NCBI GenBank assembly: GCA_951406725.2
Contig: OX597822.1
Span: forward strand, 23,560,001 to 23,624,000
DNA length: 64,000 nt
Reading direction: 5' to 3'
DNA from: Octopus vulgaris
Taxonomy: Eukaryota
This document shows, piece after piece, positions 40,230 to 52,805 of the stretch. The notes under the pieces are model-generated. The model was not told the origin of the DNA. It made no database searches and saw nothing but the letters and a program-made list of their open reading frames with translations. How positions within the stretch are numbered: the stretch's first letter is position 1; the number at the start of each line of letters is the position of its first letter. The position numbers were made by a program, and so were the translations under genes.

Positions 40230-40845
40230 GTTGAGTCGATTTTGCCTTTCGGCCTTTCGGGGTCGATAAAATAAGTACCAGTTGAGCATTGGGGTCAATG
40301 TAATCGACTTACCTACTTATGCTGGCCTTATGCCAAAATTCTCCAGGCCTTGTGCCAAAATTTGAAATTATTATTCGTTGTGTAAGGCGGCAAGCTGGCA
40401 GAACCGTTAGCAGGCTGGGAAAAACGGTTAGCGGCACTACATCGACCCCCAGTACTTGACTAGTACTTATTTCATCGACACCGAAAGGATGAAAAGCATA
40501 GTTGACCTCGGCGGAATTTGAACCCAGAACGTAAAACAGATGAAATGCCGTGAAGCATTTTTGTCAGGCGTGCTAACGATTCTGTCAGCGAGCTACCTTA
40601 CCCTATGAATTAAAATTGGTTTCACATTTTGGCACAAGGCCAGCAATTTTTTTTTTTTTTTTTTTTTTTGGTGGGCGGCTAAGTCGATTACATTGAATCA
40701 ACGGCTCAACTGGTACTTATTTTACCGACACCCGAAAAGATAAAAGGCAAAGTCGACCTCGGTGGAAATTGAATCCAGAACGTAAAGACAGACGAAATAC
40801 CGCCAAACATTGTTGTCCAGCATACTTGCCAGCTTGTTGCCTTCC
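40230..40845. mobile_element. Cluster of Deu/Nin SINE pieces in both orientations
   Basis: + strand 40230-40372 and head 40384-40440; - strand 40441-40600 and 40617-40845. Confidence 0.8.
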
Positions 40846-41842
40846 CATTAATCAATAATGACTTCATAAAACAATAGCCTAATGCATTGCAGTACACTTA
40901 TTCGCACAACATACATTCTATATGTGTATGATGAGTGTATGATTACGCAACATACGAAAACTGGTTTTATCAAAAGTTTTCTTCCTGGCACTAAAATTTT
41001 ATGAACACTATAACAAAAGCTCTGTTATTTTTTAAAGAAGAGAAAACATACTAAAGGATAACCTGTAGACAGATAAACCAGATAAACCCCAAAGACTCCC
41101 TATAGACAGCTTTGATATACGAAAAATTATCAATACGTATGTGTGTTTTGAATTTATTAAATTTCAAGAGATGATACTGGCTCTGGTGGTTCTCCATTTC
41201 TTTTCATTTTTGTAATGGCTGCTTCGTTTATATTAAATTGTTTGGCAATTTCTATCTAACATTTTCCAGTTTGAAATTGATTTAAATTTAAATTTCCATT
41301 TCTAGAGAAATCGATTTTCTTGTCCGTGTTTGGTTTGACATTTGAAAATCTATCATTCTGCCTCGAAAACATTTAACAAAATGAAAAAAAAAAAGGAAAA
41401 AAACTTAAGTGCTACTTTAGCATACGGTCAATACAATACGCGCTCATGTACAGACGTACGTACTATTTATACACACATTACATCAAAGAAGAAGGGAAAT
41501 GAAAAATCGAAATGAAAACGAAACTCGAAGTGGTGTCTTGGGACACGTAAAGTAGAAGAGTTAAAAAAATCGACCAAAATTAAAACCGGGTCAAAGTTAA
41601 AACGTAAACACGTGCAAAGCGAGAACTTTGTAAACCGAGGGACAATTTCATGCATACATACATACATACATACATACATACATACATACATACATACATA
41701 CATACATACATACATACATACATACATACATGCATGCATACGCACACGCATATGTGCATGAAAACATATATGTCGTTAGTGGATTATATATCCAAAAAAG
41801 AACTCTCTAAAAGTTAGAGCAAAGAAATATATGTCCGGTCGT

Positions 41843-41904
41843 AGAATGACCAATGGTTTCGCATCCAAAAAGCGCTTAGCTTTATAGACGACTCGTCAGA
41901 CTCT
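41843..41904 (-). ncRNA. Type I hammerhead ribozyme motif, core intact
   Basis: agagt-CTGACGA-gt-cgtctataaagc-taagc-gctttttggatg-c-GAAA-cc-att-gg-TC-attct. Confidence 0.8.
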
Positions 41905-42144
41905 GATGGCGGCGGGAATATAACCTCTTTTCAAACTAGAGGTAGAAAACCGTTACAGTCAGTTACTTTATAAAGAAAAGAATAATATACATTGTCTGAG
42001 CCTTAAACGGTACGAGTTATCGCCTTTTGACCGGTCCGGTTGGCCAATTTTATGGACCAAAAGGGCGAACAGGCAATTCTCGCCCTTAGACTGATTCCGG
42101 TCCGCAAGTACTTTATACAGCCCTAATTAGCGAAACGGGAAATC

Positions 42145-42384
42145 CTACGCCTGCAGCTGGTAGCGTTTGAAATGGGGACAGAAACTACAGATCTCGTATC
42201 TTGAGTTTAAGAGAGATCCCGGGTCCAGCGTGTCTTTAAGCATCCTTGCTCAATCTGTTATGCAAAGCTTGCATCGTCCACTCCCGTTTATATAGGACCC
42301 CGGCTGCTCTATGACCCTCCATTTAACTTCGTATGGAGTTCCTTCATCTTTAAGGCACCACACATGGCTGGCCAAAGATGTGAC
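42145..42384 (-). pseudogene. PLE GIY-YIG endonuclease C-terminal remnant
   Basis: VTSLASHVWCLKDEGTPYEVKWRVIEQPGSYINGSGRCKLCITD*ARMLKDTLDPGSLLNSRYEICSFCPHFKRYQLQA*, with KW, CxxC, LLN and CxH motifs. Confidence 0.8.
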
Positions 42385-42545
42385 TTACGTTGTTGTTGCC
42401 GCTGCTGTTGTTGCAGCTGTCATCAGTGCTGTTATTACAGGGTGCGGATTTAATTGTTGCTGTAGTTGTTACCGTTGCAGTCGTCGTTCCGGCCATAACG
42501 GTTTTCTACCTTCAGTTTGAAGAGAGGTTATAAACCCGCGGCCAT

Positions 42546-42609
42546 TGGAGTCTGACCAGTCATCTATAAAGCAAAGCGCTTTATAGATGCGAAACCATTG
42601 GTCACTTTA
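42546..42609 (+). ncRNA. Type I hammerhead motif, G8-to-C mutant (inverted copy)
   Basis: tggagt-CTGACCA-gt-catctataaagc-aaagc-gctttatagatg-c-GAAA-cc-att-gg-TC-acttta. Confidence 0.7.
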
Positions 42610-43103
42610 TGACCTGACATATATTTAACTTTATGTAAATACATATACAGGGTCTGTCGGTCAAAGTTAGTCATGCCCCTATACATCTGTGCACAAACCT
42701 AGATAAGATTTTTCGAGGAAGACAGGCAGTTGGACATACAAGCAAATCTTTCCCCTTTCCGCCAGCAATGTTTATCCAACATCCAAGAGAAAAGTAGCAA
42801 ACTTGGACAGTTACCATTTGGATCGAGAGTGACCGTCATAAGTATCGCTGTGAGGCTGCAAAGATCCGAAATAGATATTGCAAGGTATCTTGCTCGACAC
42901 TAAAATAGTTTGATAATCCCGAAACGCTATCGTCCTGAATTGGTATCTTTTTATCGATCCCAATCGCATAAAAATTGAAGTCGGTGCGATTTAAACTCAG
43001 ACCGCTTTGTCCAAGGAACTGGTCTTGCACCTCAACCAAGGATGGTGGGGGAAGAAAAGAAAATGACCAAAATGCACTTTTTATGTTGCTAAATTCATCT
43101 TCA

Positions 43104-43141
<38 letters not shown>

Positions 43142-43695
43142 ATTTTTCCTTACTGTCCCCCTCTCTCCCTTTCATTTCTCTCTCATCCTTTCTCTAATTC
43201 TTTTTTCTCTCCTGAGAAAAAGCTCTGAGGTCGATTTCTTCGATTAAGAGACCCTTTAAGGCGGTGCTCCAACATGGCCGCAGTCAAGATAACTGAAACA
43301 AGTAAAAAATAAAAGAATACAAATATCATGTAGTTAGGGTTATAATTCAAGTTATGTCACGTGTTTCTCCTACATGTACAATCTTGTAACTTTTATTAGC
43401 AAATGAAACACGTCTAAAGGTGAAGAAATAATACCATCAATATTTTTCAATCTCCAGTTTTGATATAAATAGACATAATATTATTTTAAACTGCTTGATT
43501 CGGTTCCATGCAACGTAAAGTTTTGTTGGCTTCTGACAGAAACTTAACTCAACGGTCTCATGTAGCTAGCTTTCTGTAGGAAGCCTACGAAAGTTTAAGG
43601 CGCATGGGTCACATAAAAGTGTTTTAAATAATGATATATATGGAATCCCTACTAAATCTGTTGAGTGCTTCTTTCTTTCGTTTGTCAACTCATAC

Positions 43696-43735
<40 letters not shown>

Positions 43736-43749
43736 TAATCCAGGCATGA

Positions 43750-43940
43750 AAACACAAAGAGAAAACACAACAACGCGAGGACGTGGAATAAGTATAGTAT
43801 CACTGGACGCTCAGGAAAGGAAAGAAAGAATGAGGAGTTAACGTTTCGAGCGGTCTCTCTTCGTCAGAAACATAGGAAAAGGAAAGAGCCAAGGAAGGGA
43901 AGACGGAGGAAAAAAAATCGATACAGACGCGGTCACATAT
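43750..43940 (-). mobile_element. Short PLE-like repeat with a minimal HHR (43838-43870)
   Basis: Minus strand ttt-CTGACGA-a-gag-agaccg-ctc-GAAA-CGTT-aa. Lies next to (TA)n. Confidence 0.7.
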
Positions 43941-44612
43941 TGGATATACATACATAGATATACATACATGTATGCATACATAGGGAAAACTGTTATGAAT
44001 GTACATATATTCGCATTTACTGAGTCCTGTCTTTGTCATTACTTTGATTTACGCCGATCTATGGTTCATGAAAGTGCGTGTGCATTTGAATACACACACT
44101 CGCGCACCCGTGTATGTGTGTGTGTATACATATGTTCTTGTATGTATGTTTGTATGTATGTATTTATATATGCATGCACGTATGTATGTCATTATTCAGT
44201 TTTATTTCAACATTTTTTACCAATAGAGAAAGAGCTGGTTTCTAACCTAGATCCAAGGTTCCTTCATTGGAATTTCAACATCAACAACAGGGTATTTTTG
44301 TATGTATGTATGTATGTATGTATGTATGTATGTATGTATGTATGTATGTATGTATGTATGTGTGCCGATTTGTATATTTTGTTTTATGTCTAGGTTCTCA
44401 TGCATATACTTGCATATCTAGACATGCTCATATATACTTAAACGATAAATTTCTGGAAAGTTTTACAGATTTTTACAGTTCCATGATGCCTTGGAACTAT
44501 AGTCTTCGAATCAGCTTTCTCTTTTCTGGTTTTGAGAAGCCTAATTTCTTAAGATTGGTATTTAAGCAGTGTGTTACATATCCCAGGTATTTTTCAGTTA
44601 TAACAGAACACA

Positions 44613-44675
<63 letters not shown>

Positions 44676-45013
44676 CGTATATGTGTGTGTGTGTATACAT
44701 ACACACACAAATATATGTACATATACACATACCGAGACTCCTCACGCACAATGACCTCCTCTCCTTCAATCGTTCAATTTAAGTTACAGTAACAACTGAG
44801 ATTTGGAACCAAACTATGTTTGGTCCAATACATTTCTGTGGAAATATTGGAAGCAGATTTCTTTGATGTCAGAAGCTTTAAAATCATGCTTCATTGATTT
44901 ACATATTCCTGCATTTAGCTTTCCAAAATATCTTGATTTGTATGGCGTTTCTCTTTAACAATTCCTGTTATTTGCTTCTTCCTATCAGAATGGCTGACTC
45001 TCTGTCTCTGATA

Positions 45014-45061
<48 letters not shown>

Positions 45062-45774
45062 TCTCTCTCTCTCTCTATCTCTCTTCTCAAACACGAAGAT
45101 ATGAGGTATATACATGTTCTTGTGTATGGTGTTATTCACAATCTTAAGTGAAAGTACGTAGTTTTATCTGTGTTTTTCATAGATTTTATATATGCATGTA
45201 TGGCTGTGCATTACTACACAATTTATGCTTAACTATATAATTATGTGTGTGTATGTATGTGTATGTATTAGGAGGTGGTCGGAGGAGTAGGCGCAATGTC
45301 TGTGGCAAATGTAAAGACTTCGAATGTCGGTCATATTGCTGTGATTGATGTTCTATTTAAATATCTCTATGTCGCCCCGGGTGGGAAATGAAAAAAAATA
45401 TCATAAGGAGGGGAAATGAGAGAAGTTGGTCTGAGATGAAATAATTAGGAGAATTCTTTGGTAGTGCCTCTAGGAGGTACTACTTCTTGTGGGGTAGACG
45501 GTGGTGGTTGGACGCAAATCTGTTCGGTGTGGGTTAACGTAACGCCAAACAACAGCAATGATAAAATATTGGTTAATTCTAATTCATATATACACGCTCA
45601 CATACATACGTAAATAATTAGTTATACACACACATACACACAGTATAATCTTTTGTCAATGAAGAGGTCGGAGTTTCGAGCGACGGAAATTTTTACATCA
45701 TATTAAAGATAAATGTTTAAGCGAAGTTGGCAGTTTTGCTTGTTTCTGAACCGCTAACTTCCACGCACCAATCG

Positions 45775-45805
<31 letters not shown>

Positions 45806-46044
45806 CCTGCCTGCCTGCCTGCCTGTCCGTCCGTCTGTCTGTCTGTCTGTCTGTCTGTATATATATATATATGTACATACATACATTCTTCCCGAGCGTC
45901 AAACTAATACACCTGCTTGTTGTTCCTACACCTGTCTTCGTCTTGTTTTCTGTAAATTCAAACTATATATATATATATATAATATATATATATATATATA
46001 ATATATATATATATATATAATTGTACATACATACATACATACAT

Positions 46045-46116
<72 letters not shown>

Positions 46117-46252
46117 GTTATGAGAGGTAATGTTATCAATAAGACCCAAAGGTTTCAGGTAATGCTGAGTAAGTATTATGGATAGACCGAAGTTAAGCTC
46201 GAGGTTCTGTGATTATGCGAATAAGGAGTCCAACGTAGGCCATATATCAGCA

Positions 46253-46508
46253 TGTATATATACATTTTTTTTTCAGAATGAGATAAAAAAAACCAAGGCT
46301 GTGAAAATTTTAGAACATTTATAAATAGAAGGTCTTACAGCTGTTTCCAGAATATTTATTATATTCATCATCTCGCACCGTTTCCGATGAAGGGATATAA
46401 TAAATATCCTGGAAACAGCTGTAAGACATTTTATTTATAAATGTTCTAAAATCTTCTCAGCCTTGGTTTTTCATCCCATTCTGATAAAATTATGTATATA
46501 TATATACA
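46253..46508. mobile_element. About 250-bp fold-back element containing a minimal HHR-like motif (46380-46427, + strand)
   Basis: Arms 46253-46370 and 46386-46508 are reverse complements. Motif: gttt-CCGATGA-a-gggatat-aataa-atatcct-g-GAAA-C-AGCT-GTA-agac. Confidence 0.75.
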
Positions 46509-46576
46509 GTGGTACTCCAGCATGACCGCAGCTGCACGACTGAAACGAATAAAAGAATGTATGTATGTATGTATGA

Positions 46577-47030
46577 ATCAGAACACTTTAGAATCGGGTT
46601 CCAGTGCACATTTCATAGATAGTCCGGTATGCATCATTAGTGATGTTTCTGGGATCTTTGGTCGGATTTAGGGATATCAACTTCAGACCCCAGCAGAGCC
46701 CAGTTAACCTTTCAGCAAACTACCTCTCTGTTCTCTTTATCCAAAATCATCGAATGATATTCTCTACAGCTTCCGTACTGTGAGTGCGTAGACCTTTTTG
46801 CTGCACTAGTAACTGCAACACCAGCTAGACCTTCAGCATACTGAATTAGCTTGCAACCTGCCCAACAGCCGTGGTTTATTCCTCTCTGCTCTACTCGTTT
46901 TTGGTACTGGTATTTGGCAAGCTTTCTCTCACGAACCTCTTCCATGTTTTCTTCCCAAGGCGCAGTCAATTTGCGCAAGAACACCTGTTTGAACGAATTT
47001 GAGAAGATAACTTATGTTTGGGTGGAGTGT
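46577..47030 (-). mobile_element. HERO/NeSL-like non-LTR retrotransposon 3' remnant (RLE domain)
   Basis: LHPNI..FSNSFKQVFLRKLTAPWEENMEEVRERKLAKYQ matches the LRPD..ELTVPWEE..ERK..KY pattern. Confidence 0.7.
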
Positions 47031-48054
47031 CATCCTTGTCGGCGTCATCACTATCCTCGTTGTCGCTACCACCACCACCACCACCACCGTCATCATTGTT
47101 GTCATCATCATCTTCATCACCATCACCATAGTCGGCGTCGTCAATAACAATACCAGTTTCATTGCTCACTGCCACCCAATTATTTATCGTTTCTTCTTCT
47201 TCTTCTTCTTCTTCTTCTTCTTCTTCAAGCTCCTTCTTCTTCATTTTCTCCTTATTATCGCCATTATTGTAATATTTCTTGTACCGTTGTTCTTGTTTTT
47301 CTTCCTTCCTCCTGCTGGTATTGCTGCCATTGCTGTTGTTATTGTTATAGTTGTGGTTGCTACAGCTGCTGCTGCTGCTGCTGCTGCTATTGATGCTTAT
47401 TCTTCTTGCACACTAATTGCTTACAAGTTTCCTTTTCGTTCTCTTTCTTTTTCTTTCACTTTTCTTAAATAAAAAAAGACCAACATAACACAATACTAAC
47501 GACAGCTGCATTATATTGGTTCGTTGTTGAAGCTGTTGCTGTTGTTGTTTGTTTGATGATATGGCTGTTGTTCTTGCAGTTGTTGTTTCTACTTGTACAC
47601 TAAGTCCGCCATAAGTGCCATTGTGTCAAAAGAGTACTCAACGCAATAATAGGAGCGGCTGCACTGGTGCTATGGTCGTTATTGTTGCAACTATTCTTGA
47701 TGTAGTTGTTGTCGTTATTGTTGTTGTCATCAATTGTTGTTATTGATAGTGTCGACATTGCAATTACTTTTGCTGTTGCGGTTAATAATCAGTCAACAGG
47801 GAATAACTGCAGATGATACGGACTAGCTTTCTATGTTTTTAAAAAAATATTTATATCGACATAAGTCGGTATGTGTGTATGGCAATGTGTGTACGTGTAT
47901 GTGTCTGTGTAAATGTGTGTGCATGCCTCTGTGTGTGTGTATGCAGGTATAAATATATGTAATAATACGTATGTGTGAGTGTGTATACGTATGTGTTTCA
48001 ATGCTTGTGTGCATGTGCAACTGTTTGTCTCTGTGAGTAGAAGAGTCTGTTTCA

Positions 48055-48228
48055 CACATACGCACCTCTCCTTTTTTCCCTCTCCTTGTTTTTTCTGTGT
48101 CCCTTTCTGTAGAAGAGCGTAGGCTCGAAACGTAAAAAACTTTTTCTATTCCTGAGCGTTATACTAATACATCTGTTTGTTTTGTACACCAGCTGTCTTC
48201 GTCTTTTGTTTTTTTCGTAAACTCTCCC

Positions 48229-48230
<2 letters not shown>
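48055..48230 (+). mobile_element. Short PLE-like repeat with a variant minimal HHR (48104-48137); related tail-only copy at about 45886-45965
   Basis: ttt-CTGTAGA-a-gagc-gtag-gctc-GAAA-CGTA-aaa, then cctgagcgt as in the 27188/43750 family. Ends in (TA)n. Confidence 0.6.
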
Positions 48231-48260
<30 letters not shown>

Positions 48261-48301
48261 AATAAATGGGTTTGTACATATATGTATGCGTGCGTATATG
48301 T

Positions 48302-48348
<47 letters not shown>

Positions 48349-48691
48349 TATAAAATAAGACAAAAGTCAGATAATCAGATAGTCATATGCGTCGTCAAAA
48401 ACTGAATTATTTCGAATTTAACTCAACAGAAAGAGTACAGGGAAATTGTAGTATGAGGAGGAAAATCGAAAGTGTTGGACACAGTCTTCGACAATGAACA
48501 GTTAACAAGAGAGAAATTAAGAAAACAGTAGAATTTTACGTCCTCTTTGTTTGAGAAACTGGCATAGAGGAATCAAAGCTATGCTGTGCCTTTCTTAATT
48601 TCATTCATGTCAATATTTTCGTGAAAAGCGACTCAGTCCGAAACGTATGCTTTTTCTTTCCCCACAGCAATTTCGCTGTATTATTTCTTCT

Positions 48692-48734
<43 letters not shown>

Positions 48735-48822
48735 TTAATTTATTAGGAAACAGACTACTGGAGATATAACTTCCGTTTGCGTCTATCTTAGATAATATTT
48801 CTTTTTTATTATTATACATGAT

Positions 48823-49170
48823 TCCCGTCGAGGTCGACTTTGCCCTTCATCCTTTTGGGGTCAATAAATTAACTACCAGTTGCGTACTGGAGTCGATCTA
48901 ATCGACTAGCCTCCTCTCCAAAAATTTCGGACCTTGTGCCTAGAGCAGAAAAGAATATTTAAGGCAACGGGCTGGCAGAAACGTTAGCACGCCAGGCGAA
49001 ATGCTTAGCGGTATTTCGTCTGTCTTTATGTTCTGAGTTCAAATTCCGCCGAGGTCGACTTTGCCTTTTTCCTTTTGGGGTCGAAAATTAAGTACCAGTT
49101 GCGTACTGGGGCCGATCTAATCGACTGTCCCCCTCCCCAAAAGTTTCCGGCCTTGTGACCAGAGTAGATA
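48823..49170 (+). mobile_element. Head-to-tail Deu/Nin SINE pair, short-tail variant
   Basis: Truncated copy 48823-48958 and full copy 48961-49170. Confidence 0.88.
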
Positions 49171-49282
49171 ATTCATTAGATTTACTTTTATAACCCATTT
49201 GGCAGATTCAGTCTAATAGAAGTGCTTAACTTTTAGCATTATAGATCGGCTATATGCATATTTCCATCAGCTTTTATATGAG

Positions 49283-49370
<88 letters not shown>

Positions 49371-49541
49371 TGTGTGTATGTGTATATATGCATATTTGTG
49401 CATGTGTGTATGTATTCCTGAATGTGCTTATATAGGCGTGTATCTGCATAGGATTTTCTATGTATGTATGTGCATGAATTTATACATTCATGTATGTGTG
49501 TGCATAGATGTATATCTATACCTATATACATGTGTCTATAG

Positions 49542-49585
<44 letters not shown>

Positions 49586-50260
49586 GTATGCATACATCTG
49601 TATGTATGTGATTTTATAATAAGTATATATGTGTTTTGTATGCAATTATGTCAGTATGTACTTATACGTATGTATATATAGATATATATATTTCTGTGTA
49701 CTAATGTTTGCTGTGGTTATATGTATATCAATGCTTAAAGAATATACAGCTGTGTGCATCTTTTAGTATGTTAATGCTTATGTGTATATGCTTCTATATA
49801 GGTGTGAGTATGGTTTTAATTTCACAACAGTTCATAGAAATAGAAATTATTTTGAGGTGTAGTTCGAAAATGTGATCGAAATTAAGTTTCATAAATTTTT
49901 ATTAGCAGTCTATGGACCCGTTGACCCAATTTGAAAATTACTGTTGTTCAACATTATTTCTCGGTTTAATGTTTATAACTCCACCTATCTGTTCCCTATT
50001 GAATTCATTTATATTATATTTTATATGTACTTTTATATACTTTTTAAAACGGTTTTCTAAAAATATTTTTTAGTACTTATTGTAACTGCTCTACTTCCTC
50101 TCCCTATCCCTTCTCGTCTTTTGTTATCATTAAGGATGGCCAATTCCCTGAACTTAGATCCAACACCTTAACTGATATGAAACAACATATATTTATTTTT
50201 TCTTATAGGCGCAGGAGTGGCTGTATGGTAAAATGTCTTATTGACGAGTTTCATTTCTTC

Positions 50261-50347
50261 ACTTCCTGAAGAGACGATTACATTGTTTTACACCATTTAT
50301 TCCTTTGGAATAATATCAGTGATATCTTCAAAACATGTGTCGGAAGT
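50261..50347 (+). ncRNA. Degenerate type I hammerhead motif (paralogue of 399-484)
   Basis: acttc-CTGAAGA(50266-72)-...tcttc-AAAA-C-ATGT-GTC-ggaagt. Confidence 0.55.
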
Positions 50348-50535
50348 AAAAGTATTTGAATTATACCTGCGTTAAACTCCATTTATTTATTTATATATTA
50401 TATAAAAAATTCCACGTAAACACGAAGTTTCTACCTTTAAAAACAAGGAGTTACAACCTCTTGTGTGATTTTTTGCTACCCTGGTAACTATTTATCTATT
50501 TTTTCCGTGTTAATTGTTAACAAGTGAAAAATACA

Positions 50536-50603
<68 letters not shown>

Positions 50604-51110
50604 GTCGGTCGTTGGCGACTAAACTGGCAACCCCACCAAGCTTGCTTGCTTGGAGAGGACGATGATTGTTGGACACCCTGCGGGACGAAAAATAGAATCC
50701 GTCAAAAGCAGATGAACTAATGAGTAGTCAACAGCTATTCAGTAATGTGTGTGTGGAATATATATATTGTATATTTTAAAACTTCTTTTTATATTTATAT
50801 TTTCATACGTCTTTTTATTTTCTCACTTTTTAATAAAATATTTTCATATTCTATTACTTTCTATTATATTCTGTTTCTACACACACACACACACGCACAC
50901 ACATATGCACACACACACATATTATATATATAACATTTTATATTTATACATATTTATGTTTCCTTTTATATCCCCTTTGATATCCATACACGCATGTACA
51001 TACATACGTACATACGTGCATGCATTGGTACATACATACACTCACACACACACACACACAGACACACACACACACACACACATATATATGAATCCAAAGT
51101 AATATGCGGG

Positions 51111-51312
51111 TGTAATGAGGGTGGTATGTTCCAGGCGTTACATAGGACTGTAGGACTGAGTGGTGCTTTGGCATCGTTTAAGCTTCCTATATGACATAAA
51201 CTGAGTGTATTCGTTAAAGAGGAGAACAACACAAACACTTTTGAAAGCCATGGAGTAATAATAAAGTCTGTGTTATGTTCTTCCTGTCCCCACATCCGCC
51301 ACCCTAACCACA
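51111..51312 (+). mobile_element. Possible solo LTR
   Basis: TG...CA ends with imperfect inverted termini (tgtaatgagggtgg / ccaccctaaccaca) and AATAAA near 51260. No TSD is visible. Confidence 0.25.
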
Positions 51313-51367
51313 ATTATTATTATCATTATTATTGAGTGAAATGCTGCTGCTCCTCCTCCTCCTTTTC

Positions 51368-51427
<60 letters not shown>

Positions 51428-51504
51428 TCGTAGTTGTTATTGTTATTATTATATTGACGTTTTGTTGTTTTGCTGTTGTTCTTTTCCTTCTTCTTCTTCT
51501 TCTT

Positions 51505-51563
<59 letters not shown>

Positions 51564-51565
<2 letters not shown>

Positions 51566-51995
51566 CCTCTGTCTTCAAAATTTGTTCTATTTCTCGCCGA
51601 GTGTTTTCTGTACATCTAGGACAGAGAAGCTCATTGTATGCATTCCCAGATTACACACGAAAATTCACAGGAAAAATATGTATTTAGAAAATTAATAAAT
51701 AAATACATTCATGAATGGATGTTGTTTTCACAGAGATAATGCTCTTCTCATTACATGAGTCTTTCCAGTTAAGTCAATTGTTTGCACTTCCTGTAGGGAT
51801 GGTAAGCCTGGTATCATTTTCAAATAGGTTTCAGTACTTTTTCTTTATCATTCCTAGATATCCTACAATCACTGGTACTGTAGTCGCCTTGGGATGCTAC
51901 ATTTCTTAAATTTCTCTCAGTAAGTCTTTACATTTACTGAGCTTGTCAAATTCTTTCGTCGCAATATTGTGATCACAAGGAATACTCATATCAAT
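51564..51995 (-). mobile_element. R4/Dong-like 3' fragment bounded by (TAA)n on both sides
   Basis: IIDMSIPCDHNIATKEFDKLSKCKDLLREI*EM*HPKATTVPVIVGYLGMIKK, then MIPGLPSLQEVQ after a frameshift. Confidence 0.85.
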
Positions 51996-52015
51996 TATTA
52001 TTGTTATTATTATCA

Positions 52016-52113
<98 letters not shown>

Positions 52114-52424
52114 GTTCAGATCACTGCTTGGAATCGAACTCGGAATCTTGGAGTTAGTAGCCGGGCATATGGAGTAGTGGTGAAGAGCGCGGGCTACTAA
52201 CCCCAAGATTCCAAGTTCGATTCCAAGCAGTGACCTGAACAACAGCAACAACAGCAACAACAATAATAATAACATCGAAAAATACCTTAGGATTGAAAAC
52301 CCAGGTTCGAAATTTTCCGAAGACACCTGAAGAAATCTGGAGGGTATATCAGCCGAAACGCTGTGTTAACAACAAACAAGATGAGAACAAATATCCGTCA
52401 AATATAAATAATGTAAATAATGTA
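52114..52424 (+). mobile_element. tRNA-headed SINE with HHR-like tail (52322-52367, degenerate) and inverted 5' piece
   Basis: Forward copy 52163-52424. 52114-52162 is the reverse complement of 52192-52240. Motif: gacac-CTGAAGA...cagcc-GAAA-CGCT-gtgtt. Confidence 0.85.
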
Positions 52425-52645
52425 AAAACCATTATTTATTAATATTTCTTTGTATTTCATTTTACTTATATATCCTATATTTATATGTTTATTAATCATT
52501 CGATTCTATGTAAACCCGTACACTTTCTTTCTGTCTTAATATCGTCCCCTCATCTCATTTGATTTTCTGGAGGCATGTAACAGAAATCGTCGTTGTCATC
52601 ACGACGACGACGATGACCACCACCACCACCACCACCACCACCACC

Positions 52646-52694
<49 letters not shown>

Positions 52695-52753
52695 CCGTCA
52701 ACATCATCATCAACAAAATCAAGAAGTACAAGAACAAAAATGCCCATTCTTCG

Positions 52754-52805
<52 letters not shown>

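Larger units (their letters stand above)
41821..42632 (-). mobile_element. 5'-truncated Penelope-like element with an inverted pseudo-LTR
   Basis: Inverted arms of about 130 bp (41825-41955 and 42496-42626), each with an HHR, enclose a GIY-YIG C-terminal remnant. Confidence 0.85.

Noticed and set aside
42250-42252. In-frame TGA in the GIY-YIG remnant as possible selenocysteine
   Set aside because: It falls at a position normally basic (after the E/D following CxxC), not Cys. CGA-to-TGA CpG decay explains it, and I identified no SECIS.
52163-52235. tRNA gene (apparent ACT anticodon loop), and other tRNA-like heads
   Set aside because: The acceptor stem does not close and the sequence continues into a repeated SINE body.
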